In this document: positions 35,584-47,219 of the stretch, piece after piece | Layout: each line of letters begins with the position of its first letter | Numbering within the stretch: position 1 is the stretch's first letter | NCBI GenBank assembly: GCA_017499595.2 | Contig: CM039002.1 | Coordinates: 372,001 to 436,000, forward strand | Length of the DNA stretch: 64,000 bases | Direction: 5' to 3' | Source of the DNA: Psilocybe cubensis | Taxonomy: Eukaryota | The notes under the pieces: model-generated | Told to the model about the DNA's origin: nothing | The model's database searches: none | What the model saw: only the letters and a program-made list of their open reading frames with translations | Made by a program: the position numbers and the translations under genes

Positions 35584-38056
35584 TCAAACTTGTCCAGAGA
35601 CCTCAAACGCAGCTTTTGAAATAAGATCTTGTAAGGTGCACAACATGCCCAACCCCCTCTTCCATCGTGTTGGCCTAAGCTCCATTTGCTCTTGATAAAG
35701 CTTGGGGTTTGTACGTTTTAACTCCTTCTCGGTGCGGTAGCCATAATCAACCCATCTAAACAGGCCACCTGAAGCATACTGAGTAAAGGAAGCACGCTCC
35801 TCTCCGTGTTCAATGCTGGTGTTTGAATGTTCTAGGACGGCGGACAGCATAAGGATGGTAGATCCTGCAGGGAACTCAATGGCCACTTTCAGGCCCCACA
35901 CCACAAAGTGACCACCCTTTTTGGCATTGAATTTCCCTAAAGACTGGATGGCGCACCAGCCATATGGACAGTTTTTGATATCAAAATGCGGGATGGTGCA
36001 AACCACAGACCCTAGGTTGAAGGTGGCCGCCGGAAATATGCTGCGGCGAAACAGTCGGACTAGCGTGGAGTCATTGGCGAATATCTTATCCATGTACAAC
36101 TTATAGTGGTTGTACACTTTAGGGCTCCATGTAGCAAATGCACCTGTGGATGTGTTTAAAAACAGGTTCACAAAACAGGCATAGGAGTCACTTACTGCTG
36201 GCAAAACTGGCCATTTGTTGAATGCTTTCCGACTGCAAGAGCTTGGCAGTGATTTTGGGATGGCGCTGGACGCGGTTGAGTGGAGAGTGTGTCCCTACAC
36301 CGTGTGTAACGCCGATGTTGAGTGCGGGATAATGACCACGATTTTCTGAATAGTCTTTGTGTGTAAACACTGTGGTGTGTCCGGCCTCCCTCAGTAGATC
36401 AAATGCTTCCTCCGTGGCACGTTCGTATGCAGGGTCCTTAGGACGGCCTGCCAGAACCATAAAAATACGTCCGTCTTCAGAAACAAACGGGACGGGGGTG
36501 CTATAGTGCATTAGCTTTAACTCCATCAAACTGAACAGATCAGAAGAGTTGTAACTCACCATCTATCCCAAGGTATAATGCGGAACCCAAGGGCCTTGAT
36601 GGCATCCAAGCTATATAGGTGACTTTTGTGGGGTTTTGTTGGTTTAGCACCATAGGCGCCTTGCGTGGCAGGCAAAGTGTCAAGCTTGACGTTGAGAGCC
36701 TCTGGCTGGCAGCTGGGAAGCATGCTTAAAAGACTGGGTTTTGGTGTGTGTCCGTGCTTATTGTATTGTAACGTCCGCTGATACTTGCGGCTGCGATGAC
36801 TGTTGGAAAGCCCATTGTATGGCCTTTTCAGGCTGGCGGTTTGCACGGATGGGTCTCGCTGAGGTAACGAAAGCGAAAGCTTGGTCGACGATTGCGAAGG
36901 TACAATCGGCGGTGTCAACATATTGTCAACCGATGGTGTCAACGCATCGTGGGCTGACAGCATCGACTCGCGGGTTGACGGGGTCGACGCGTTGTGGGCT
37001 GACGTCGTCGATTCGCGGGTTGACGGGATCGACACATCGTGGGCTGACGTCGTCGATTCGCGGGTTGACGGGGTCGACGCGTTATGGACTGACAGCATCG
37101 ACTCGCGGGTTGACGGGGTCGACGCGTTGTGGGCTGACGTCGTCGATTCACGGGTTGACGGGATCGACACGTCGTGGGCTGACGTCGTCGATTCGCGGGT
37201 TGATGGGGTCGACGCGTTATAGACTGACAGCATCGACTCGCGGGTTGACAGGGTCGACGCGTTGTGGGCTGACAGCATCGACTCGCAGGTTGACGGGGTC
37301 GATGCGTTGTGGGCTGACGTCGTCGATTCGCGGGTTGACGGCGTTGACACGTCGTGGATCGACGTCGTCGATTCACGGGTTGACGGGGTCGACACGTCGT
37401 GGATCAACGCCGTCGGCGTCGACGTATTGTTCGTAAACTGCATCCAGGTATCGTCCGTCGACCGATTCTTTGACGCATCGTGGATCGACGGCGTCCAGAT
37501 GTTGTGAACGGATGGCGTCGACGTATCGTCGGTCGATGGAATCAAGACATCTATTGACAAGTACGTGAATGGGCAGATGACGAGTAGGCAAACATGGTGA
37601 CTCACCTTGATCTAGATCTAACAAGTCTGTGTCCTCCCTTGCATCTGCTGCCCGCCAGGCAGAGATCAAGTCAAAAGCCAACGGATCCTCCCATACCTCA
37701 GGCTGACACTGGGCATACACCCTCCCAGATCATGTCTGCTTGAACAGATTTCCGATTTAAAACTTGGTATATGCATAGAAAAGTTTCCAAGGACGTACCG
37801 TATAGCGCGCCTATTGGCAGGCCGACATCTGTGCATGCAAAAACCAACGGTGAGCAGGGTTCTTGCAATCATGACACGCCCCAGCTCCTGCGTTGGCTGG
37901 CAGTTTGACAGACCCGGTCCAGGGGTGATCCCTCGCCTGGCAAGCCTCTAACCAACGCGAGAGCTGGGCCCTGTCGCGTTTCTGATATACGAACGTTTGC
38001 TTACCGGTGGGACGGGTATTTATACGAACGCGAATGAGGGGAATGTTGAACCTCAT
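35584..38056 (-). CDS. TET/JBP-family 2-oxoglutarate/Fe(II) DNA dioxygenase; 5' exon structure uncertain
   Basis: FPAATFNLG, HFD (HxD), GWCAIQSLGKF..KKGGH, IEFPAGS, LEHSN, ERASFTQY..GGLFRWVDYG. Upstream exons carry DGRIFMVLAGRP and RGHYPALNIGVTHG. Confidence 0.87.
36945..37395 (-). repeat. Coding minisatellite, ~10 x 45 bp (STPSTRES[TT/ML]S[AVI]H[DN][AV])
   Basis: Direct tandem units such as GTCGACGCGTTGTGGGCTGACGTCGTCGATTCGCGGGTTGACGGG, with a higher-order three-unit repeat. Confidence 0.93.
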
Positions 38057-38066
38057 TAAACAGATC

Positions 38067-38107
38067 AGGGGTCAGGTGATAGGGGTCAGGTGATAGGGGT
38101 CAGGTGA
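38067..38107. repeat. 3 x 14-bp direct repeat AGGGGTCAGGTGA(T)
   Basis: Read directly, immediately 5' of the ATG at 38056 on the minus strand. Confidence 0.85.
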
Positions 38108-38319
38108 CGTAGGTGGACGCGTTGCACCCGCGACACACTTCAACTGCTTTGACCTCAGAACACCTGGTAATACGTCAGTCCGCTACAAACACAAACACCG
38201 CAGAGTAATGCAGGTCTCAGGAATACTACCCAGGTGCGTTATATTTCATGCATCCCTTTTGTAAGGCCAAATTGACAATATAGTATTGAAAGTGCTGCAG
38301 ATTCTATTTCACAAACCGT

Positions 38320-39223
38320 CTAAACAATAGCAATGGGATTGTCAGACTGCAAAGGCTGAGGAGGAATGTAAACCGGTACGTTAATGCCATGGGACGTCAA
38401 CGCTGCTTTCAGCTGTTGGCTCCAATGCCTCTCTTCTACCAGCATAATTGCTGTGTTGTGTTCCTGTCTGACATATGTCCTCAACTGCTCTTCTAGACCC
38501 TCCACCACCAACGTCAGGTATGCAGAGCGTTGTTTGGAATTCTTCACAGACCTAACCAAGTTTTTTACCGCCTTTTTAGTTGACTGGGCCTCCTGGCGTG
38601 CTGCGGCAAGGTCCAACCATGCCGTTCAAAGCTGATTCTTATAGGCCACAGCTTCTCTTGTTGCCTCGATGGCTATTTCACGCCAAACAGTAATCTCTGC
38701 CTCCAGATCGCGTCGGGAACGTGGATAGGCCCTGTTCAAGCTGATTGTGGTTTTGTTGCGGGGAACCTTGGAGGAATGGTCTAATAAAGTGGATGTGAGT
38801 GGTCTCAACCTTTCACAGCAATACTGTCAACTTATGAAACGCACCATTCTTTTCAGGCATTTTGGATACAACCGGCTGGTCTTCGAGATCGCTTTGGCAC
38901 GTTGATCCAGGGGTATCACCTAGTTGAGTTTGGATGGTGTAAGTTCAAGTGCATTCGTGATAAGATTCTATTTACCAAGGCCGTAAAAACTGTAGTTGGG
39001 CAGACCATCAGTAACGTCAAGCCCTACGGGTGGGAGGTCAGGGTAGGTTATGCTGAGGTTTAACAAGGTTTGTTTACTGACCTGCATTCAGAGTTGACAG
39101 GTACTTTTTAGGTGCCTCATCGTCTTCATCTTGGTTGTGCTTCCTGAAACTTTTTTTTGGCGATGGAGTCTTAGGCGACAGCAGGCGGGATGGTAGACAA
39201 TTGTCAAGAGTGTTGGTAGACAT
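38320..39223 (-). CDS. Hypothetical multi-exon protein with C-terminal coiled coil (transposon cargo)
   Basis: ORF pieces 39074-39223, 38626-38808 and 38320-38616 lie on the same strand with splice-like boundaries. The C-terminus is heptad-like. The join is not fully resolved. Confidence 0.5.
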
Positions 39224-39521
39224 GTTGAGCGGTTCAAGATAACGAAACCACACAAATATCAGACTGATGGTTAAGGGAGTAAGAGAGTGAGACAAAAGGT
39301 GAGCAAACCTTTGGAATAACTTTGACGCCTCCTTTTTATGTGACGCATAGGTTTGTTGTTGTTGATGTGACACGACGCGAATTGTTGATTGACCTCGAAC
39401 GCGACGCGAATTGTTGATTGACCTCAAACGCGATGTGATTCGTTTGTTGTGGCAAACATGGCAAATCAAACTTGGGGTATAAAAGCAAGGTAAGAGATGT
39501 TTGCTTGATTCTGAATCCACA

Positions 39522-41081
39522 ATGTCTCATTCTTCGATTGACCCAGCTTTTGCATCACAGCCTGTTTCTCGTGACGTGGACCGCCCAACTGGTACATAGC
39601 TGTTTATTGACAACCTGGTTCACCGATTCAACCTCACAAGCAACCACAGTGCAGATCTCACTTTTCTTTATCAGGTAAACTTGTTTTTTACATAACGCCT
39701 ACATCAAACTGCTTCTAACTCGTAAACCCGCAGATCTGTACAGCCGTGCCTGAAGAGCAACCTCCTTAGACCGAAGTGATAAGTCGAATCATGATGTTGG
39801 CCTGCCAGTTTGGGGCCGAAGTTCGTCTGCATAAAGCACTGACTGCCACGCAAACACATCTACAAGGACTCGGGCAGCTGAGCAGTTTTTTGGCTGATTA
39901 TGAGCTGCAAAAAGATGAGAACTTTGTGTTATCAAATGCACAAAAGGTGAGTCATTGTTTGCCTTTATGAACACGGTGGTCTGAGCCAGCTTTTAGATGG
40001 CCATTAAATCAACCTGTATCAAAGAGCTTCTAAAGCCCTCTAGACAGTCCTTTAAGACGCTTCACATCGATGTTGAGGTGCGTTCTTTTCACTTTAATTG
40101 GCGGTCTAAAACAAATGCATTTGCAGGCAAAGATGAAAAAAAAGCCCGCAGACAATTACCTTGACAACATCCTGAATCGGCTGGGACGTGAGGCCAAATG
40201 GATGGCGCATATACAAACCGTTTGTACAATTCAGAGAAACACGCTTCGAAAAGAGGTGTGTGGTTGTCCGGTTTACCATATGCCGTGTACTGATGTGTGA
40301 AATTAAAGATCATACAAAGCATAACTCCAGGCCCAAAGTTTACTTCTGTGCAAGAATTTGCGGCGGGCCTCATTGTGAAATATTGTCTGCCTACGTCAGA
40401 GTCTGGTGCAAATTCCAATACAGCTTACCTCTCAAAACATGTGTTATTGGTGTGTCTTCAATATTTCTGATTCAAAAAGTTTCACTAACGTGGCAATGTA
40501 AAGTGGCGGTTTTTCTGGGACCATTCATCTATGTTTTCGGCCTTTGAACTTGAGAAGGATGACAACAACTCAGAAGAGGAGAACAATGACCAGGATTTTG
40601 GAACACCAAGCACCGACAACTCTAGCGATTCGGGTCATTCTGCTACCAAAAACGTAAATTGCAAAAAACAAACATTCCCGCTGGGAAAACTCGCGGTCGG
40701 GTGGCTGATGGCGAAGACTATTGGTCCAAAGTTGATCAATGGCTCAAGAGGCTTGACGATGAGCTGGGAGATAATACAGCTGAGTTGAAACAGTCCGAGT
40801 TTTCTCTTGTATTCTCAATGAGTTATGCTAAGCTTGTGAATAGATTTATTGCTGAATGTCTGGAGATGGACTCTCTCAGGACCAATAAAGGCTTAGATTT
40901 CTCAAGCCACCCTTCCGAGCGCTCTTTTACCAGCCCTAGCGATGTCACATCCGACCCACAACCCACCACTATACAGTCCTTTCCTTCCAATTCTTCTTCG
41001 AGGCTGCCTGAACCTCATTTAAATTTTGGTAATGCAATTGCTCAATTATTTAGTGGTCCTTCAACAGGTAGACCTTTTTAG
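39522..41081 (+). CDS. Hypothetical multi-exon protein (transposon cargo), possibly degraded
   Basis: ATG 39522 (MSHSSIDPAFASQP...) followed by GT-AG-bounded exons matching ORF fragments at 39776, 40070, 40531 and 40659. Includes the segment GRVADGEDYWSKVDQWL. Confidence 0.55.
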
Positions 41082-41432
41082 CCACTAGACTCCACTACAA
41101 TATAGTTATTAATTATGCGGAAATGTATGTGTAAACGCAACTAAATCTGAAGTTGATGTTGAGAACATGTAGCCCCTAATATTCAGTTTGCTAGTGTTTG
41201 GCACCGGTGATCATTTGATCAACAGCAACGAGTTATCGCTTTCATCTTTTCCTCCATGATCTCGCACAGCGGCACCGTGTTTTCCGCCGTGCATTGTTAA
41301 GAGATCCAGCCCTTTCATGTACTAAAAGCCATGCACTGGAAAGATCCAGATTCCCAATATGTGGGAACGCGTTGAGCGGCATGGTTGGGCATAGTTTTTT
41401 TTTGGTGACTGACATTTGATTTGTAGATCGCA

Positions 41433-42185
41433 CACTGGTGCAAGAACCTGCTTATTGCTGAGTATTTTTAGACAGCTATCCATGGCGAAAATTACTTATT
41501 TTAACACCACAGGTTCAAGAATATGTGCTTTGAAGTTTGACAAGGTCCAAGAACACCATTGCCGGAATCGATAGCCATCGTTGACACCATAGTTTGGCTC
41601 TGGAGAATGGGTGATAGTTGGATGCGCAACACAACATCGTCAACGCCATAGCCGGAATCGATCGCCATTGTCGACACCATAGTTTGGCTCTGTGGAATGG
41701 GTATTTGTGGATGCAATAACCCAGTGAGTACTTTATAGGATAGACGTTAGATTAGTAGTTATTTAGCTTCAGCTTCATGCTCAATATATGGTGTTTTATT
41801 ATAACCTAATCTTGTATGAAAGACCAAAAATAAAATTTCACAATGATATTATACTGTGAATACATATGAAAAGCCTACAAAAAAATATGTATTTGCTAGA
41901 ATGTGGCTGACACAAACGGTGCTTGGCACTTATGTGGCAGCCACATGAATTTCGGCCTGTTGTGTCACCCACTGATATCGGATGGAGGTGGCAGACACAT
42001 GTTTATTTGTGTCTGACATACATCGGCCAAACACATCCAAAAATGTGTCCAGCGGCCGCCTGTGTAGCAACGGAAGACACTCAAAATCTCCCCTGTCCTA
42101 CACAAGTAGATTCTCCGACATTTTTCTCCTTCTTGTCAACTTGTATGCCGTTGCTCGATTAAGCTCGCTTTAGTTTGCACCAGTG
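41433..42185. mobile_element. Possible small CACTG-terminated non-autonomous element
   Basis: 11-bp inverted repeat CACTGGTGCAA (41433-41443) / TTGCACCAGTG (42175-42185). Internal ~50-bp direct repeats at ~41561 and ~41651. No TSD seen. Confidence 0.4.
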
Positions 42186-42623
42186 AGGTTCCATCTATTG
42201 TCAACTTGTAGTGGTGCTCGGTCTCATGCTCTTGTAGTGCCCCTTTAAGCTTCATTGGCTATCGTCTCTCCAGAAGGAGTTTCTCTTTCCTACCCACTTG
42301 AATTGTAGTTTTTGTCTTAAGTGCCTCAGTCATAAGCTCTCTCCGATGGGTATTTTATGGATTTGGTTTCTCAGCATCATTCGCTGCGTCATAGACGGCG
42401 CTGAACGGCACTGCAAGGAACTGCTTCGAAAGAACCAAAAACGCTGGGCGGTGACGTCGTTCATGTCCTGTTGTACTCTTGTTTTCATGAATATTCACAC
42501 ATGGGGCCAACGCTACAGCTACCGACTTGCCATCTTCGGTGATCTTCTTCCTGATAGGCTGATCGATTTGAAATGGTTTTGTATATAAAGGCACGAGTTA
42601 TCTTCGACAGTGTCACAAGAAGA

Positions 42624-43811
42624 ATGGATTCTAACACTCGTCCTTCTTATATCACACCCCCACCTTCCTTTACCCAAAGCACAAATCCATACCATTCAGT
42701 GGGAGATGATACATATTCATTTGCTGCACTTGTGGCCAGTACACCATCCCATTCAGGTTTCCGTCCACAAGAATCAGCACTTGTAAGTTAAACAGATATA
42801 GTTCAGCGCTTTCTTTCATGCATACTAGTAGGGCTCGGACATGGACTTCGATATATCATCGACCCTCCCGAATCAGCCATCGATTGTAACTAGCAATGAC
42901 CATAACGATGCCATGATCTCTATCTCCACCTCTTTCCATCCAAATACACGGCCAACTCCTGACACAACCTTCTCAGCTGGGGACGGTGTAATTTTCTGTG
43001 TTTATTCCAAAATCATACTGGCAGTCTGCCCCACAGCATTCTCTTCTGTCATAGGTGATCCCTTGTCTCATCCGAGGTTCAGGACGGAGACTATTCTCCT
43101 CGATGCACCGAGCGCCGAGGTCAATATAATTTTTCACGCCCTATATGGTACATCGCCTGCATCTAATCGCCCAGATTTTGAGACCCTTGTGCGAGCAGTA
43201 GACCGCATGCCAACGTATTCGCTCTCTCCCAAGGCACTCATCCGACCATCAGGAAGCTTATACGAACTGCTTCTCTTCTATGCACCACTGCACCCCGTTG
43301 ATGCTTATGCACTGGCTGCCCATCACGAGCTACACCCACTCGCAGTCAGTGTTTCTCCTCATTTGCTCTCAATAAAGATCCAGAGTATATCGGACGAGGC
43401 CGCCGAGCGTATGGGTGCGATCTACTTCAAAAAGCTGCTTGAGCTTCATCTAGGACGCTTTGCGGCATTGAAAGGGATCCTTCTCCGGCCTCCGCACCCA
43501 CATCCAGCCAGCAAGACGTGTAGCTTCGACGATCAAAGAAAGAATATACGAGCATGGGCGCTTGCCAGCGCATCTCTAGTTTGGGATGCAGGGCCTGGTT
43601 CGTCTGCCGTTCTTTGCACTGTCTATGCTGACGGTCCCTGTTAGATCTCTCATCACAGATGATACGTAACGCTCTCAATCCTACCACGGAGAACTTGACG
43701 TGTGAGATGTGCCTGCAGACTCTGAAGGACAAAATTAAGGACGTGGTGGTGCAATGGTCGTCCGTTCGGGTAAGTGCCATTGATCATGTTTCGTTGAAAT
43801 CGTAGCCATGA
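42624..43811 (+). CDS. BTB/POZ-like domain protein (agaricomycete family); 3' end approximate
   Basis: DTTFSAGDGVIFCVYSKII BTB-like start, VNIIFHALYG, AYALAAHHEL, RMGAIYFKKL and a Cys/His-containing C-terminus (HP..TC...CEMC). Confidence 0.65.
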
Positions 43812-45522
43812 CCATTACCATCGTCGTTTACGTGGCTTGAGCGTGCGACTGGGGGAATTTTCTCAAAGTGGAAACGTTGAAGTACTGTTTGGTCGCAAGA
43901 CTTTGGGGACTGCGTGCTCTTTGCGCAAGAACCACGCCAACCGTGGCTTATGTCGGGTTCGTATTCTTCGTCTTTGCTAAGCTTCATGTGTATTATTATA
44001 GCGCACGATCTGAGACCAAAAGAGTGTCATCAGCGGCGGCAAGCAGAACATTATCAGGCTGGATATTGGACTGCTAAGCCGAACAAGCACAAGCTTCAAG
44101 CTTACGAATGTTCAGGAGCTCTGGCTTAATTTTTGAACGCTTATGAAATGTATCAATTTTCCGTACATGCCTCTTCTATTTTCCATTTTTCTTCTTGCTA
44201 TAGTGATTCGATATGCTGGTCTGGTGTTAAAAACATCATGAACTTTCGTTTTTACAATGCCGCCAGAGGCTTTTGATAAGCGCCCATCTTCTGTGGCGCT
44301 TGACACTACTGCTGCATCAGTCTTAAAACCGTGTTGAATGGTAATTCTCCCATTTGTATTCAACCATAAAAGATTTTGCCTTGTGTCTAAATTGAATTGG
44401 TAACAGTAATTAAACCGATGGATTAGGACCTATTGAGCAATGAAATCACTTCGTATGGTTGAAGGAATGGTTAGGTATGTTTTTGGCGTATCACACTCGA
44501 CCACATCACGTAAAACGTAGGTAAATTTTTGTTCATACAACGCGTTGTGGACTCTTTCAAAGCGAAAACACCATTTTCCTCGCTTCCCTCTCTTTCCTCG
44601 TTTCACTTTTCTCGCTTCCCTGTCCTTGCTTCTGACCTCTCTTCCTCTGCTCCCTAGTTCTCTTCGCTTACCATAACCCGTTCACGGCTCGTTATGTAGC
44701 CCATATTTTAAGTTTGTTGGTAATGTAGATAGGCCTTTTCTGCGACCAGTGGAGGCAAGCTCAAGCGCCTTGGCCACTGGACTCTTTTCCACTAGCAAGT
44801 AAATGTCGCCTGCTTTTCTGCGTTTATAAACTTGGATTGATTATGCTTCATACTTCGAACACATCTGCGATTCGTATCATGTGTCAAATGCACTAGTAGC
44901 ACCACGAATATCCACGGTCAAGCAACGTTCATATGCTCGAGGTCGCTGTCCCGATATACGATTTGTCTTATTCGGCCTAGGATCCTATTGAACGAAAAGG
45001 GGCGCAGGAAAAAAGCCTTGCAGGGGACGCGAGGATTTAATGAACAAACCAACAGAATCATACCTTCCAACATTTCAAAGCGTCCCCACTTGAATATATA
45101 AACCTGAATGCCACTGTCGCCACTATAGACTACAGGTTTCAACGCTCATCCACCCTATCCGCCGTTGTGCACAGCCACCTCTTGAGCTAGAACACGCCGA
45201 ATCGCGACTCACCATTGCAACTACGAGGTATCTCAAGACTCAAGGTATGTATCTTCGTTATCAATTTCTGATGACGACAATGCCCATTCCGACCCCAAAA
45301 CACCATTTATGGTACCCTGGTGTCGATTGTTGCACGATGCGCACGGGTAAGACCCGACGCAAGCGCGAAAAATGCATCTGGGGTAGCCTCTGTGCCCTAT
45401 CTACGCACTCGTCTTGATTTGTCTTGTAGCTGACAACACATTAAAAGGATATCAGAGTCTGAATATAAAGTGCACGACTGGTCGGTAACCTGCAAAGCGC
45501 TTTATCACTGAACGATATTGTC

Positions 45523-46899
45523 ATGTCCGTCGAAGTTGAGCGACTAAAGTCGTCCATTTCAGTTACCCCGATATTCGATGTTGACCAGCGTACGGGATTC
45601 ATGGCGCCGGATCCTCCGATTCCACGCTTACCGACCGCATGGGAGCCCTGGGAGGCCGCCCTCGACGCCGCCGTGCAGGCGAAACTTCAATTAGGAGACA
45701 AGATAGGGTTGACGAACCTGGAAAAAACCACATCAAGCAGATGGAGAGAGAGCGTCCGACAGGTGGGCATACTTCGGATCTTGTTTCAATTATCAAACTG
45801 ACAGATGTAGCTCCCTGTTCTTGCCACAGAAGAACTCTCCAACTCTGCTATTCTCCTGCGGCGCGCGCACCTTGTCCTTGCATATATTTTACACTTCTAT
45901 GTCCAAAGTCTCCCACTTACCGCAGAGATATTGATACCTGAATCGATTGGCGTCCCCTTGCTGGAGGTCTCCTCCAAACTCGACATCCCGCCGCTCCTGA
46001 CCTTTTCCGACACTGTGCTCTATAATTGGCGCTTTCGAGATGAAGAGAGTGCCGAAGATTCGGTACCGACACCTGATAACATTCGGAGCCAGACGCTGTT
46101 TACCAACCTCGTCGACGAAGAAGAGTTCTACCTCTGTTCTGCACGCATTGAGCTCCGGGGTGTCGAAATCCTAGAGTTGATGAGAGTGACAATGGACGAA
46201 ACATTCGTCGGTGACGTTATTGCCGTCTCGCGGATCAAAGAATATCTCAAAACTATTGCCCGAGTCATTGGAGAGCTGAAGGCCCTCCTGATGAGCGTGA
46301 AGCAGGGCTGCGATCCTGATGTTTATTACAACAAGGTACGGCCGTGGTTTAGAGGGGAGGACTCCGCGGAGACTACCAGAAAGTGGAATTTTGAGGGGTT
46401 AGACAAACATCCACATCTCAAGCTTCCCACCGAGCTTTCAGGGCCAAGTGCAGGTCAAAGTTCCATGGTTCACGTTCTCGATGTCTTCCTGGGCGTAGAC
46501 CATCAGGCAACGTCTCCCGGAAAGCCGTCGTTCATGTCGCGCATGCAGTCGTATATGCCGCGGAACCATAGGCTGTTCCTTGATCATCTCAAAGCGAATC
46601 CTCGTCCTCTGCGAGCGTTCGTGGTCGACGCAAACAATGCGGAGTTGCTGTCAGCTTACAATCAGGCTGTCATGTCTTTAAAGGAGTTTAGAGACGCACA
46701 CATGATCATCGCCACACTGTACATTCTAGGGCCAGCCAGGCGTGCGTCTAAATTGGCGAATGACATTGCGGAACATGATTCTACCACCAAATCAAGAGCC
46801 CCTGTCGGATGGACGCCTGTGAAGGGAACCGGAGGCACAGAATTGGTAAAATTCCTGAAGGATACTCGAACTCGTACCAGCGAGAGCTTGATACACTAG
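45523..46899 (+). CDS. Indoleamine 2,3-dioxygenase (BNA2-like)
   Basis: TGFM..P..RLP..W..WE, RRAHLVL, PPLLTFSD.VLYNW, GPSAGQSS, YMPRNHR, FRDAH (proximal His) and KGTGGT. One intron at ~45763-45830. Confidence 0.93.
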
Positions 46900-47219
46900 A
46901 ATGACCTTTCCAAGCTTTGAATAGTGACGGAGAAGAATTAGACTTTGTTATATATTACCAGTAGATTACATAGAATGGCTTCGTTAACGATCATGAACAT
47001 TGACACTGAATAATTCATTCTGCTGATTAAGATCACTTTTGTAGCGATCCCCGAGTTGATGTGAGAAATCAAACTATTCGTGGAGATTGATGTCAGCTTT
47101 GACAAGAGACATCTGTGGGGGCCGTACCTTATATACGAGCTCTGTAAATGTTATAAAATGCCTGAAGGAATGGCCACGAGAACTCGCTTACAACGCCCTC
47201 CGTCTTCAATTAGAACGCC

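Larger units (their letters stand above)
31000..41209. mobile_element. Large transposase + TET/JBP + cargo DNA transposon, boundaries approximate
   Basis: Convergent transposase and TET genes plus two unknown genes lie between a MITE nest and repeat-rich non-coding DNA. Termini were not confirmed. Confidence 0.62.

Noticed and set aside
36945-37395. Tandem array as a CRISPR locus
   Set aside because: The units are contiguous 45-bp repeats with no unique spacers, they lie in an open reading frame, and the context is eukaryotic with no cas genes.
44570-44670. Pyrimidine-rich quasi-repeat (TTCCTCGCTTCCC...)
   Set aside because: Short low-complexity tract with no further structure.
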